64,000 bases of DNA from a bacterium (GCA_037444125.1 JBBINA010000004.1:1582-65581); one strand, 5' to 3'; counted from the first letter of the stretch, positions 26,331 through 37,176 are shown. Made by a program: numbers and translations. The notes: a model not told the origin generated them from the letters alone.

Positions 26331-27300
26331 ATAATTTTGAAAATGACTTTAAAATAGCTTTGGCAGTTAAGTATTCTTTTCGATATTTGAATAAAATGTA
26401 AAAAATAAGTTCTAATTTTTTCAGCAATATATTTTTAATAAGCCATAGCGTTTTCCAAATTAAAAAATAAATTTTTCGTCCGAAAAATGATAAGATATAA
26501 AGAAAAAGGGCCGCTTTGTTAAATTGTGTTTCAAGTGATTTTTTAAAGTATTTTCGGCCCTCTTTTAATTTACCACCAAGAATTGAATAGTTTCCAATTT
26601 TCAAAAATAAAAAAGATTCCCAATTTTTCATTTCACCTACTTCTTCTAGAAGTGAGATAAGTCTTTTTTTAAAAATTAGGCTTTTATTTTTGACATCATT
26701 GAGAAAATAAGTATTGCTTTTATTATGAACGAAACAAATAGTAGCTGGATACTCAAGAATTCCTATTTTCACCTTTTTAAATTTTCTTATTCTAATAGAG
26801 AAACCTAAATCTTGAAATATATCTTGCTCCTCTTTAAAATAACCAATTTCTTTAAATAATTTCTTGCGCAACATCCACGTGCTTACTGGGGCTCCCTTTA
26901 CATATTTAATGAATTTAAAGTCTTTAAGAAAAACATAAAAACTACTGCCGATACTCCAATCTAACTTGTTTCTTTCCAAATGATTAAATTTAATCTCAAG
27001 AAAATTAGGCAAATAAAGATCATCTGATTCTAAAATAGAAATAAAAGGGCTGATAGAATTTTGAATCCCGATATTTGTAGGAATGGTGGGCCCACCAGAA
27101 TTTTTTTCTAATTCTATAAGTTTGATTCGTTTATCTTTTTTTTGCAATTCTTTGACTATCTCTTTTGTTTTATCAGTTGAGGCATCATCTACCACTATAA
27201 CTTCGAAATCCTGAAACGTTTGATTAAGGACACTTTCAATAACTGGTCTTATAAAATTTTCTCTATTATATACTGGAATAATAACTGAGATTTTAGCCAT
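26311..27300 (-). CDS. Glycosyltransferase family 2
   Basis: ISVIIPVYN, VDDASTD and ESDD motifs. Confidence 0.9.
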   Translation of the reverse strand: MAKISVIIPVYNRENFIRPVIESVLNQTFQDFEVIVVDDASTDKTKEIVKELQKKDKRIKLIELEKNSGGPTIPTNIGIQNSISPFISILESDDLYLPNFLEIKFNHLERNKLDWSIGSSFYVFLKDFKFIKYVKGAPVSTWMLRKKLFKEIGYFKEEQDIFQDLGFSIRIRKFKKVKIGILEYPATICFVHNKSNTYFLNDVKNKSLIFKKRLISLLEEVGEMKNWESFLFLKIGNYSILGGKLKEGRKYFKKSLETQFNKAALFLYILSFFGRKIYFLIWKTLWLIKNILLKKLELIFYILFKYRKEYLTAKAILKSFSKLYGHLEK

Positions 27301-27307
27301 CTTTGAA

Positions 27308-28564
27308 CTATTTAAAAAAATATTTTTGAAGCTTTAAAGAATTTTTTTTAGCATTATGATTTTTCAAGGCTATATTCCATGCGTTTGTTGTTAATTTCTC
27401 AATCAACTTTTTGTTCTTAATTAATTCTAAAATTGCTTCTTTCAATTTTTCAATATTTTCTTCATCTACGACTAAAGCAAAATTATATTTTTTTGCATAT
27501 TCAGCAATATAAGATCCTCTTGGCGCATGAATTATAATTGGTCTGCGAGAAACAAGATATTCATAGGTTTTACCGGGGCTAGAACTATAAATTAAAAGTG
27601 TATATTTTGTTTTAAAAGAAAGAGGGACAAATAAAATATGGGCGTTTTTTTGAACGTCTGGAATTTCAGATGGTAAGCATTCAGCAAAAATAATTTTTTC
27701 ACTTTCAAAAATTCCTAAATTATTTAGAAATTTTTTATCGTGTGGAGTATAAAGCCAGAGCTCAATTTTTGGACCTTTTATTTTGTTCACTGCTTCAATT
27801 AAATTTTTTATCGCATCTAATTGAGGCCAATAAATTGTTCCCGTAAAAACAATTTTATAAGGTTCTGAGTAATTTGCTGGTAGTGTTGGTTTTGATTTTG
27901 GTATAGATATCGAATTTCTAATTAAAATTATCTTTCGCTTGTATTTTTTTTGATAATACTCTTGAAGGACTTCTGACATCACAAAAATTTTTTTTGCTTT
28001 TTTAAAAAGTTTAGGTTCTAAAAAATAGGCTAAAATTTTATAAGCCAGCGGGAAATTATTTCCCCAATAAAGATCATAAAAATATAGATAAAATGGTAGT
28101 TTGGTTATTTTATTTAAAAGATAGGTTGAAAATAGAGCTGGTCCATAATCTGAATAAGCAAGCAAAATTTTAATTTTTTCTTCTTTGATAATTTTTTTAC
28201 CTCGTTTTACTATATTAAAAGGCAAATAAAAAAGAAAAAAAAATAGAGCCAAAGATTTTAAAAAAGAATTTTTTTTAACAAATTTTTTAAATTTTTGGAA
28301 AAAAGTTTCTTCTTTTTGGGAAACAGATGTTAATTTCGGAGTGTCAAAATAAAAATATTGTACCTTTAACCAATTTCCTTTCTCAATCACCTTATTGTCG
28401 ATTCCGAAATGGCTAGTTAAAATACAAAAAGAATTTTCGGGAAAATATTTCAAAAGATTATACATCATCAATGGCGTCCCAGAAATTGCCGGTGGAGCAT
28501 AAGAAGAAATAATCAGAAATTTTTCATTTGCCTCGCATTTTATAAATTTTAAACTTTCCACCAT
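27308..28564 (-). CDS. GT-B fold glycosyltransferase (GT4-like)
   Basis: YAPPAISG, FTGTIY and PGKTYEYL motifs; cluster context. Confidence 0.8.
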   Translation of the reverse strand: MVESLKFIKCEANEKFLIISSYAPPAISGTPLMMYNLLKYFPENSFCILTSHFGIDNKVIEKGNWLKVQYFYFDTPKLTSVSQKEETFFQKFKKFVKKNSFLKSLALFFFLFYLPFNIVKRGKKIIKEEKIKILLAYSDYGPALFSTYLLNKITKLPFYLYFYDLYWGNNFPLAYKILAYFLEPKLFKKAKKIFVMSEVLQEYYQKKYKRKIILIRNSISIPKSKPTLPANYSEPYKIVFTGTIYWPQLDAIKNLIEAVNKIKGPKIELWLYTPHDKKFLNNLGIFESEKIIFAECLPSEIPDVQKNAHILFVPLSFKTKYTLLIYSSSPGKTYEYLVSRRPIIIHAPRGSYIAEYAKKYNFALVVDEENIEKLKEAILELIKNKKLIEKLTTNAWNIALKNHNAKKNSLKLQKYFFK

Positions 28565-28635
28565 ATTTTATCATCCTAATTATTAAGTTTTTTATTTTTT
28601 ATCTAGCTAGGTGGTTTAATAATTTTTTTAATAAT

Positions 28636-29349
28636 TTATTTTATAGTTTTTATATTTATTTTCTGACGATGATAAAAAAAATTTGAGGCTTCTTTTACAT
28701 CACAAAAAATATTATTTTGTTTAACGCTATGAGGTTCTATATTAGAAAGGTTTTTAAGTCCTTTTACTTCATAATTATAATTAGAAAATACTTCTTTTAC
28801 TCTGCTATCAGTAAACTCATAAAGATGCCAACCTCGAACCAAAGGAGTGCCTTCTGGTAGGCGGGGAAAAGTAACTATAATTTTTCCTTTATCTTTCAAA
28901 AGAGTGAACATTTTCGCGAGAATTTTTTTCGGCTTCCTATTATGCTCAAGAAACTCAATCATTAAGATCAGATCAAATTTTTCTTTTGTATGAAAATTAT
29001 CTACGCTTGATAAAATAAACTCTATATTTGGAGCATAATTATATCGCTGGCAATACCGAATTGCTTTTAAAGAGTGATCAAAAGCGACTACCTTAGAAGC
29101 TTTCTTGGCGACAATATAGGAACCAAATCCGCTACCACAACCGACATCAAGCACTCGATAATTTGGTTTTATGTAAGGCAAAACTAAATTATATAGAACC
29201 CAATGAGCAGCCGCCGTTGTCCCTTTAGGCGGATAATCGTCTCCAACCCAATAAATTCTTTCGCCTTGGTTCAAAGAATCATTAATAAAAATAGAGTACA
29301 ATAAAAGTTTGACTTTACGCGGTATTAATTTTTTGAGCAGAGAAATCAT
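28636..29349 (-). CDS. Class I SAM-dependent methyltransferase
   Basis: VLDVGCGSGFG, FDLI...EFLEH and LLKDKG motifs; probable ATG 29349. Confidence 0.88.
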   Translation of the reverse strand: MISLLKKLIPRKVKLLLYSIFINDSLNQGERIYWVGDDYPPKGTTAAAHWVLYNLVLPYIKPNYRVLDVGCGSGFGSYIVAKKASKVVAFDHSLKAIRYCQRYNYAPNIEFILSSVDNFHTKEKFDLILMIEFLEHNRKPKKILAKMFTLLKDKGKIIVTFPRLPEGTPLVRGWHLYEFTDSRVKEVFSNYNYEVKGLKNLSNIEPHSVKQNNIFCDVKEASNFFYHRQKINIKTIK

Positions 29350-29618
29350 ATATTTTGGACATTTTATTTTAGCAGATGAATTTCTAACCTTGATTTTTAA
29401 TTGATTTCCCGTAATTTCCAACTCAAATTTTTTCTATTCGCCGATTTCATCTTTTGGGGAAGTCCTATTCCTCCGCATATTTTTTATCATACTTTCATTA
29501 TATCATAGTGTCTAAATCATACCCCGTTAGTTTTAAAGATGGTGTGAAGCAAAATACATTATTTTAACAATTTTTTTAAGTGGTAAGGGGATAAATCTTT
29601 TAAACGAAGCTGGCATTT

Positions 29619-30242
29619 TTAAATTTTACTTAATTTTTCTGTTTTTAGATAAGCATCATAGGTCCTTGTTTCTTCTAAATATTCATAAAAATTCTTCTTA
29701 TTGATCTCCCTTAATTTCCAACCCAAATATTTTTCTACTCGCTGACTCCATGCTTTGGAAAAGCCTATTTTTTGTTTAAGTTCTTTTATCTTATTTTTAT
29801 CTTCTTTTAAATTTTGGAGACGAAAATTATAATCGTTAATTTTAATAAACTCTATGGTTATTCGATCTATCATTTCACCAACACTGTAAACTATATCATC
29901 ACTTACCCAACTTTTTAGACGAATTTTTTGTTCACTTATAGAAGGATAGATCTTGTTAAGCAACCTGTTTATTGTTGCTTTTGTTTTAACGCGGCATTCT
30001 CCAGTAGTTCGTGCTTGCAATTCCATATCAGAAATTAACCGCGTATTGAGCTTGTTTTTTCTTCTCTCTTCTAATATTGTCATATTAGCTTGATAACATC
30101 GGAAATTGGCATTCGCTAATTCTTTTACTTCCTTTATTAATGCTTTTCTGATTTGATTAAACTTAGATTTGGGAAGATTTTTCGAAAAAATCTTGTCTAT
30201 TTTTTCGTATAGCGGATAAAAATTAATTTTTTGAAATATCAT
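29619..30242 (-). CDS. Hypothetical helical protein (DUF4254-like)
   Basis: SVGEMIDRITIEFIK motif and an N-terminal ANFRCY...R...K..IN segment. Confidence 0.55.
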   Translation of the reverse strand: MIFQKINFYPLYEKIDKIFSKNLPKSKFNQIRKALIKEVKELANANFRCYQANMTILEERRKNKLNTRLISDMELQARTTGECRVKTKATINRLLNKIYPSISEQKIRLKSWVSDDIVYSVGEMIDRITIEFIKINDYNFRLQNLKEDKNKIKELKQKIGFSKAWSQRVEKYLGWKLREINKKNFYEYLEETRTYDAYLKTEKLSKI

Positions 30243-30246
30243 TTTT

Positions 30247-31143
30247 TTAATAAATTATTTCTTTTTTAATAAAACCTAATTTTTTTAACAATTTCAAAAA
30301 TTTCACTTTTAACACTATTCTGTATCCCCATAAAGGTATTGGATCATACTTCATATGTTTAGCAAATTCTGGAGGCGTTGAAGTCTTGCCTCTTTCCCCG
30401 GCTTCATAGTGATAAACAATGCTATCAAGACTTAAAACAAACCTGAATCCTTTTTTGTGCGCTCTTCTGAAAAACTGAACATCTGGCGTACCATTCCTTA
30501 ATGTTAATTCCCAAGGACATGCCTTTTTCCACATTTCATGGTGAAACAAATAAGGGAAACCAGCATAAAAAAAGTAATCGTCATATGGAGAAGTTGTATT
30601 TTCTTCCATCACATAATTTGGTTGAATGATTTTTGCGCAGAAATTTTCCCACCTTTCCTGGTTAAATTTTCCATACACTGGAAAACCAAAATCAGCTTCA
30701 TAAGCTCTTGGATTAATTGTTTTTGGCATAACAGAAACTGAACCAATAAGAATATTGGGGGCGCAATGTTTTGCCAAGTTTATCAACCAATTTTTATAAA
30801 AAGCTTGATCTGTATTTACCAAACCAGCATATTTATTAAGCTCAAAACCTTTCTCAAATCCCTCATTTATCATTGCTCGTAAGTTAGGAACATATCCTAT
30901 GTTTGGAATTGTGTTATGGTTCAATCTATGAATTTTTAATCTGGGGTATTTATTAAGATACTTAATGCTTAAAGAATTAATATAATCGTCTACAGCTTTA
31001 GTGGTGTGCCAACAGACAATAATATAATCAAAATTATCAGTACCCGCGTTTTCTATTAATTGTTCACTGCTGAATCTAAGCATTTCTAGTGCTCGACTTA
31101 CACAGTTTATTATACTTACTCTTGGGTAGGTATTTATTGCCAT
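30247..31143 (-). CDS. Divergent GT2-like glycosyltransferase
   Basis: VSII, VNTD, PDVQFFRRA...GF and SIVYH pattern. Confidence 0.7.
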   Translation of the reverse strand: MAINTYPRVSIINCVSRALEMLRFSSEQLIENAGTDNFDYIIVCWHTTKAVDDYINSLSIKYLNKYPRLKIHRLNHNTIPNIGYVPNLRAMINEGFEKGFELNKYAGLVNTDQAFYKNWLINLAKHCAPNILIGSVSVMPKTINPRAYEADFGFPVYGKFNQERWENFCAKIIQPNYVMEENTTSPYDDYFFYAGFPYLFHHEMWKKACPWELTLRNGTPDVQFFRRAHKKGFRFVLSLDSIVYHYEAGERGKTSTPPEFAKHMKYDPIPLWGYRIVLKVKFLKLLKKLGFIKKEIIY

Positions 31144-31144
31144 C

Positions 31145-32125
31145 TTAATTAGAAAATTTTTGAAAATCTTGCAAATTTATTTTAAAGCCATCGCGGATTG
31201 CTGTAAACAATATTTTTATGCGTTTAATTTTATTATTATCAAATAAAAATATTCCAATAAACATTTTTATTAATTGAATTATAAGTCCAACAAAAAATTT
31301 AAAACGGTTTGTACTGTATAATCTCCCAATGTAAATTAAATTTCGATACGCGTAGTAATATCTATGAAAATTTTCTATCGGAACAATTTGATATTTTTTA
31401 AATAATAATTTCCTAAAATTTAAATTTGAACCTAAATTATTATGTATTACTATACTATCAGGTATTAAAAATATTCTACCATAGCGCGATAAACGAATAC
31501 ACCATTCAACATCGTCACCGTAGACAAAAAGTTTCTTATTTATTATGCCGGCAGATTTAATTAGATCAGAAGATAACAATAATCCGATTGAAGCGGCAAA
31601 ATTAATTTCTATATATTTATTGTTTTTATACAATTCCGGTTTGATTGGTTTAAATGGCAAGGGCCAAAAATTATCTAAATCTAAAATTCCTCTGTTTAAC
31701 ATAGGCATACTATGATTAATAATTGCAGAAGCAAGCCCCAAAACATTATTTTTTTTAAAAGAGAACCAATTAGATAATTTTTCTAAAGCATCTGGCTGTG
31801 CCAAAGCGTCATCGTCCATTAACCAAATCCAATCGAATTTTTCTTGAAGTGCTTTTTTTATGCCCGTATAAAATGCACCTGCACTTCCTAAATTTTCTTT
31901 TAATTTGATAATTTCAATTTTTGAATTATTGCTATAATTTTTTTCTAAGAAATAAATGGTTCCATTAGTTGAATGATTATCTACAATAAAAATTTTATCT
32001 ACTTCCTTAGTTTGTCGAAGAAGACTTTGAATACATTGTTTAAGCAATAATTTGCGATTAAAAGAGCATATTACTACCGCAATGCGATATTTTTTTGATT
32101 GATTATCGTTTTGTTTTATATCCAT
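31145..32125 (-). CDS. Glycosyltransferase family 2 (rhamnosyl/galactofuranosyl transferase-like)
   Basis: VDNHST, ENLGSAGAF, WLMDDD, GDDVEWCIR and YYAYRN motifs. Confidence 0.88.
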   Translation of the reverse strand: MDIKQNDNQSKKYRIAVVICSFNRKLLLKQCIQSLLRQTKEVDKIFIVDNHSTNGTIYFLEKNYSNNSKIEIIKLKENLGSAGAFYTGIKKALQEKFDWIWLMDDDALAQPDALEKLSNWFSFKKNNVLGLASAIINHSMPMLNRGILDLDNFWPLPFKPIKPELYKNNKYIEINFAASIGLLLSSDLIKSAGIINKKLFVYGDDVEWCIRLSRYGRIFLIPDSIVIHNNLGSNLNFRKLLFKKYQIVPIENFHRYYYAYRNLIYIGRLYSTNRFKFFVGLIIQLIKMFIGIFLFDNNKIKRIKILFTAIRDGFKINLQDFQKFSN

Positions 32126-32169
32126 TTTTTAATTGATTTATATCCAAAACAATTTCGCAAATTACTTTA

Positions 32170-33384
32170 TTAATTCCCATAGGCTTCTTGAGTAAATTTA
32201 TTTTTTTTAAGAAAAGCAAAATTTCTTGATTTTTTTAAAAAACCACTTTCAATTTTCTGAACCAAATCCTTATAAATCCGTTCGCTGGGGCTTCCCCCTT
32301 GGGGATTTAAAATGTTTCTGTCCCAATTAGTTTTCATTTTTATAGCTTTTTTCATTGCTTCATATAAAGTTTTTTTGCCTTCAAATCCTTCTAAAATTGT
32401 GGCCTTAGCCCAGATTGTTTCTGGTCTTTCGGTTGAGCGACGAGTAACGACGCATGGTGTTCCTAAAATCAATGTTTCTTCTTGAACTGTTCCGCTATCT
32501 GAGACAACTAATTTGGCGGTTTTTTCTAATTTCAAAAAATCTAAAAATCCTAAGGGTTCTGTTTTGATAAAAATTGGGTTACTTAAAATACGGCCTAATT
32601 TAAATTTTTTTATTGCTTCTTTTGTTTTTGGCATCAAAGGAAAGACAATTGGTAATTTGTAATTTTTGCCGAAATTTAACAAATCAAAAATTTTGTTTTT
32701 AAAAATTTCTTTGTCTTTAGTGTTCTCTTCTCGATGTAGAGTAACTAAAATAAATTTTTTTTCTTTTAAGCCTAATTTTTCTAAAATTTTCCTTTCATCA
32801 GTTTTTTTAATAAACTCATTAATAGCGTCAACAATAATATTTCCTACCACTTTAATTCTGAAATTATCAATCCCTTCTGATAATAAAATTTCTTTATAAC
32901 GATTAAGATAGCAATAAATTACATCTGAAAGATGATCTATTACAATTCTGTTTTTTTCTTCTGGCATTCGCCAATCATAACTTCTACCTCCTCCCTCAAT
33001 ATGAATTACAGGAATGTTATTTTTAGCTACAACAATAGAAGTGGTAATAGTATTTGTATCACCTAAAAAAATAACCGCATCTGGCTTTATTTTTTTTAAC
33101 AATTCATCTACTTTTTGAAATAAAATGGCTGATTGATAGGCCTGAGTAGTTTTACCTTTCTTTTTTAAAATTTTGCCAATGTTTAAATTAATATCTGGTT
33201 TTCTAATGCCGAGTTCTTTATAAAAAATTTCATCCAATTTATAATCAAAATGTTGGCCGGAGTGGATAAAGACATGTTCAAAATTGTATTTTTTTCGCCC
33301 TTCATCTAACAATCTAATCAATTTATGAAGTCGAATTAAGTCTGGTCTTATGCCTAAAAGAGTAATCAATTTAAATTTTTTCAT
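32170..33384 (-). CDS. UDP-N-acetylhexosamine 2-epimerase, non-hydrolysing (WecB/FnlC family)
   Basis: GIRPD, HSGQHFD, GDTNT, MPEEKNR, TLHREEN, SDSGTVQEE and TERPET motifs. Confidence 0.92.
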   Translation of the reverse strand: MKKFKLITLLGIRPDLIRLHKLIRLLDEGRKKYNFEHVFIHSGQHFDYKLDEIFYKELGIRKPDINLNIGKILKKKGKTTQAYQSAILFQKVDELLKKIKPDAVIFLGDTNTITTSIVVAKNNIPVIHIEGGGRSYDWRMPEEKNRIVIDHLSDVIYCYLNRYKEILLSEGIDNFRIKVVGNIIVDAINEFIKKTDERKILEKLGLKEKKFILVTLHREENTKDKEIFKNKIFDLLNFGKNYKLPIVFPLMPKTKEAIKKFKLGRILSNPIFIKTEPLGFLDFLKLEKTAKLVVSDSGTVQEETLILGTPCVVTRRSTERPETIWAKATILEGFEGKKTLYEAMKKAIKMKTNWDRNILNPQGGSPSERIYKDLVQKIESGFLKKSRNFAFLKKNKFTQEAYGN

Positions 33385-33407
33385 AGGAAAATTAATGTGA
33401 ATATTTA

Positions 33408-34313
33408 TTAAAGTTCAGCTAACATTTCGTCAAAGGATGGAATTTGAAGCTGGGAGCAAAGAGAATTGACGGTTGTAAGAGTACGATTAAGCATTGTAGA
33501 GTCGTCGGGTATTATTTGACAATCAATATTATATTTCTTTTTAAACTTTAAGAGCATTTCGTATTTTGAAAGAGTGTTGGAATAAATATGAAAAATACCT
33601 GATTTTGGGAATTTACTGCGATTTTCGAATATCTTCTCACATATTTTTGCAAATTGTTTAGTGGTGATACCATTCCAGAAATGTTTAGTAAAGCCTCGAA
33701 TTGTCTTACCTTTTTGTTGCAAAAACCATTCTAAAAGGCCGGTAAAACCTTCAAGCTCTCTGCCAATAATTGAAGTCCTAAGAGTTAAGCAATTAGTTGG
33801 CTCGCCCAAACTTTTAGAAAGCCCATAAAGATCGACTGGTGTTTTAGGCGAGTTTTCATCGTATGGATAACCTTCTTTACCGTTATAGACGCAATCAGTT
33901 GTAGTATGGATTAATTTGGAACCAAAAAAATCCGCCAAAATATGCGGAAAGGCGCCGTTAATAAACAAAGTAAGAGCTGGATTTTCTAAAGAATATGGGA
34001 TTGTTATACCAATAGCGTTTATTACGTAATCAACATTACCGATTTTTTCTAAAAAATTAGTAAAATATTCCCCTTGACAGCCTTTTTTAATTAAAAAATC
34101 TTGATATAGCTTATCCGTGTCAAATTCAATAACTTTATGATTTTTTGTGTCGCCGTAAGCTTTTTCAAGAAGCTTAACTTTTTTTAAATCTCTTACTGTT
34201 AAAATTAAGTTATATTTTTCTTTAAGAATATTGTAAACAGCGTTTCCTAACATTCCAGTGACGCCGAGTATAGCAACTAATTTTTTTTTGCTGTTTTGCT
34301 TAATTTTTGACAT
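33408..34313 (-). CDS. NDP-4-keto-6-deoxyhexose reductase (RmlD family)
   Basis: GVTGMLG, TTDCVY, YGLSKSLGE, RTSIIG and LLEWFL motifs. Confidence 0.88.
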   Translation of the reverse strand: MSKIKQNSKKKLVAILGVTGMLGNAVYNILKEKYNLILTVRDLKKVKLLEKAYGDTKNHKVIEFDTDKLYQDFLIKKGCQGEYFTNFLEKIGNVDYVINAIGITIPYSLENPALTLFINGAFPHILADFFGSKLIHTTTDCVYNGKEGYPYDENSPKTPVDLYGLSKSLGEPTNCLTLRTSIIGRELEGFTGLLEWFLQQKGKTIRGFTKHFWNGITTKQFAKICEKIFENRSKFPKSGIFHIYSNTLSKYEMLLKFKKKYNIDCQIIPDDSTMLNRTLTTVNSLCSQLQIPSFDEMLAEL

Positions 34314-34318
34314 TTTTG

Positions 34319-34774
34319 TTACCTAGGTTTTACTGACCAATAGTCGCCCCATTTGTATGGATCAAAACGTTTGTCATCTTGTAAAGATTCTTGCGTTGAT
34401 AAGTTTGAGGCGCATAAAAGAATTGTATTATTTTCTAAGGACATCCAGCCGTTGGCGTAGCAAGGCGGTACGATTATAAGGTTATTTTTGCGTGAAGAGC
34501 TAACATAGGTGTAAATTTCTTGGGGTTTTTTAGGATTTAAAATAACGAATTTAGCGGCTCCAGCAACAATTACGAAAAATTTCCATTCCTTTTTATGATA
34601 ATGAAAACCCCTAATAGTGCCCTTACTGTGATTGACAACATAATAAATTCTCTGGATTTGGCCAATTTGAGAATTTATTTTTTTAAGATTGTCCAAAATA
34701 GGTGCAAATATTCCTCTATCATCGGCAAAGACTTGATATTCAAAAGTGGTTGGTCTTTTAGTTAAATTGTCCAT
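34319..34774 (-). CDS. Cupin sugar epimerase/isomerase (RmlC/WxcM-like)
   Basis: DDRG, RGFHYH and PPCYANG motifs. Confidence 0.85.
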   Translation of the reverse strand: MDNLTKRPTTFEYQVFADDRGIFAPILDNLKKINSQIGQIQRIYYVVNHSKGTIRGFHYHKKEWKFFVIVAGAAKFVILNPKKPQEIYTYVSSSRKNNLIIVPPCYANGWMSLENNTILLCASNLSTQESLQDDKRFDPYKWGDYWSVKPR

Positions 34775-35714
34775 TTTTCATTAGGTTAGAGATATGACGT
34801 TCATTAAAATAGATGTCATTTTCTGTGTATTTTATGCGGCCGCTTTTAATTAAATCAGCGACTTCTTTTATTCCGCCTTCAATAGTTATGCATTCGTAGG
34901 GATTAAAAATTTTTGCCTTTTTCGCTTTCTTTACGCTGACATGATAATTTCTTTCGTCTTCGAATTTTTGAGCGGTGTACTTTATTTTACAAGCGGTTAT
35001 TTGGCTTACTTTTTTTGCTAATTCTTTAATTTGAATATTGGTTGAGGCTAAATTGAAAATTCCTGTAATTGGTTTGTCAAGGTTGTCTACCATAATTTTT
35101 CCTATATCTTTTACATGTATTAGGGGTCTCCATTGGTTTCCGCCGAAGACAGTAAGGAATCCTTTGGTTAAGGCATTAGCGGTCATATAGTTAACCACAA
35201 GATCCATTCTTAAGCGAGAAAAATAATCAGACAACCCGAAGGCTGTGCCAAGGCGTAAAATTAAGGCATTTTTCTTTTTTAAAAATTTTTCCGCGGCAAG
35301 TTTGGTTTTAGCATAAAGCGAGAGAGGGTTAAGGGGGGCGTTTTCATCTAATAAAGCGTTGTGTTTTCCATAAACAGAACAGGTGGAGGCAAAAATAATG
35401 CGTCCTTTAAAATTTTCGGCTAGCCATTTTACTGATTCTTGATTGATAGCCACGGTTAAAGGCGGGTTGATTTGACAGGCGGCGTCGCCTACTATTGCTG
35501 CTAACCAAATAATATGGGAATATTTTGGTAGTAATTTTTTTAGCTTATTTTTGTCCCTTATGTCTCCGAAAATAAATTCTGAGGGTTTTAGGTATTGATG
35601 TTCGTAGAGGAGACTATCATAAACCGTGAACTTGATTTTATTTTTTATTAAAAAATCTGTTACTGCACCGCCTATATAGCCGGCTCCACCTGCTACTAAG
35701 ACTTTTTTAATCAT
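34758..35714 (-). CDS. NAD-dependent epimerase/dehydratase (extended SDR)
   Basis: GGAGYIG, LAAIVGD, STCSVYG, YAKTK and WRPLIHVKD motifs. Confidence 0.9.
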   Translation of the reverse strand: MIKKVLVAGGAGYIGGAVTDFLIKNKIKFTVYDSLLYEHQYLKPSEFIFGDIRDKNKLKKLLPKYSHIIWLAAIVGDAACQINPPLTVAINQESVKWLAENFKGRIIFASTCSVYGKHNALLDENAPLNPLSLYAKTKLAAEKFLKKKNALILRLGTAFGLSDYFSRLRMDLVVNYMTANALTKGFLTVFGGNQWRPLIHVKDIGKIMVDNLDKPITGIFNLASTNIQIKELAKKVSQITACKIKYTAQKFEDERNYHVSVKKAKKAKIFNPYECITIEGGIKEVADLIKSGRIKYTENDIYFNERHISNLMKNGQFN

Positions 35715-35727
35715 AATTGATTTAGGA

Positions 35728-37176
35728 TTATTTAGTTAATAAAGTTATTGCTTCGGCGAGAAGGGTTTTAAGTTCCTTTTCCTTCATTAAGATAAGAATT
35801 ATAAAATAAGATACTGCCGAGAAGGTAGCAACTAAAAATATATTTAAGCCTATATTTGATGAATAATAGGCAAAAATTGAAATTAAAATTGCAGAAATTA
35901 GATATTGATAATGGCTTTTAATTTCGAAAAAGTTATTTTTAAGTATAAGATAACTTAAGCGAGCGGTCAAGATTAAATTTACTATTTGCGATAAGACAGT
36001 GCCTATGGCGGCTCCATATAAACTAAATTCTCTTATTAGCATAAAATTTAAGACTAGATTTAGCAGAGCCGAAAAAGCACTAAACTGCAGTTTTTTTAGT
36101 TGCAAATTTAAAGCAAAAAGCAGGGTATCAAGAATTATAATAATAAAAATTAAAGGCACAAGGAACAGCAGTATTTGAAATGAAGTAATACTTTGGGTGT
36201 ATTGTTCCCCGAAAATTACAAGAATCACTTTTTGCGCAGTGACTATTCCCCCCAGTAAAATAGGTATAGCTAGCATTGATGATATTCTGATTAATCTTTT
36301 TACTATATTAATTAATTTTTCCTTTTCCTGAGAGAATTTTGAAAGAATTGGTAACAACACAGTCGTTAGTGTTGCTGGAATAATAAATAAGAAATTAACC
36401 AAGCGGAGTCCAGTAGTATAGAATCCAACCTCATTTGAACCTTTTAGCCAGCCGAGCATAACAATATCTGTACTTGTAAGAATTAATGTTATTATTGGCG
36501 AGATGGCTATTGGTAGAGCTAATTTTGTAATTTTTGCTAATACATCAAGTTTTATATATTTAGCCTTGATTAAGCCATTGATACTTCTTATTGTAATGGG
36601 AAAAGAAACAAGAGTGCCAACTAGGTAAGCATAGATAAGGTATTTGATGCTTGGATTGAATGAGACGAAAGATATACCACTCAGAAAAACGAGTGACGAC
36701 TCGACTAGATTTGCTAAAGCTTCATATTGCATTTTTTGTTGGGCACGAAAAATAGTTATAAAATAGTCTCTAAGGCTTCCAATAATCAAGAAAAATAGTA
36801 AAAGCCAAAAAACATTTCTTGCCTGAGGGTCGTTTAGGTAGGGAAATGTGAATAAGGCAAAGAAAGTTGAGAAAATTATTAATATAAGCTTTAGAAAAAA
36901 ACAAGTTGAGATTAGTTCAGTTTTTTTAAACTCCTTTTTTTGATATTCCCTTATTAAAATACTGGAAATTCCTATATCCGAAAACAAAAATGATAGCCCA
37001 ATAAAAGAAAGCCCGTAAGAAAAAGAACCCAGTAACGATGGCCCCAAGGTTCTGGCAGCATAAGCAAAAAAAAGAAATTTAAATAACCGGCTAATAGTTT
37101 GACCAGCAAAAAGCCAAAATGTATTCTTAAAGGCAGTTTGCTTAGGTGATAAGTTTTTTAAAAAAAGCGAAAAAAT
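35728..37176 (-). CDS. Polysaccharide flippase (Wzx-like); start appears non-canonical
   Basis: Polytopic MOP-family protein; frame stays open upstream of the TTG at 37047 and encodes KQTAFKNTFWL..GQTISRLFK...YAARTLG; ATT at 37176 is the most plausible start. Confidence 0.85.
   Translation of the reverse strand: MFSLFLKNLSPKQTAFKNTFWLFAGQTISRLFKFLFFAYAARTLGPSLLGSFSYGLSFIGLSFLFSDIGISSILIREYQKKEFKKTELISTCFFLKLILIIFSTFFALFTFPYLNDPQARNVFWLLLFFLIIGSLRDYFITIFRAQQKMQYEALANLVESSLVFLSGISFVSFNPSIKYLIYAYLVGTLVSFPITIRSINGLIKAKYIKLDVLAKITKLALPIAISPIITLILTSTDIVMLGWLKGSNEVGFYTTGLRLVNFLFIIPATLTTVLLPILSKFSQEKEKLINIVKRLIRISSMLAIPILLGGIVTAQKVILVIFGEQYTQSITSFQILLFLVPLIFIIIILDTLLFALNLQLKKLQFSAFSALLNLVLNFMLIREFSLYGAAIGTVLSQIVNLILTARLSYLILKNNFFEIKSHYQYLISAILISIFAYYSSNIGLNIFLVATFSAVSYFIILILMKEKELKTLLAEAITLLTK

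Noticed and set aside
29430-29550. Possible mobile-element remnant upstream of the methyltransferase
   Set aside because: Only a 14-codon ORF and a single ACCCCGTTAG word; no terminal repeats or transposase motif.
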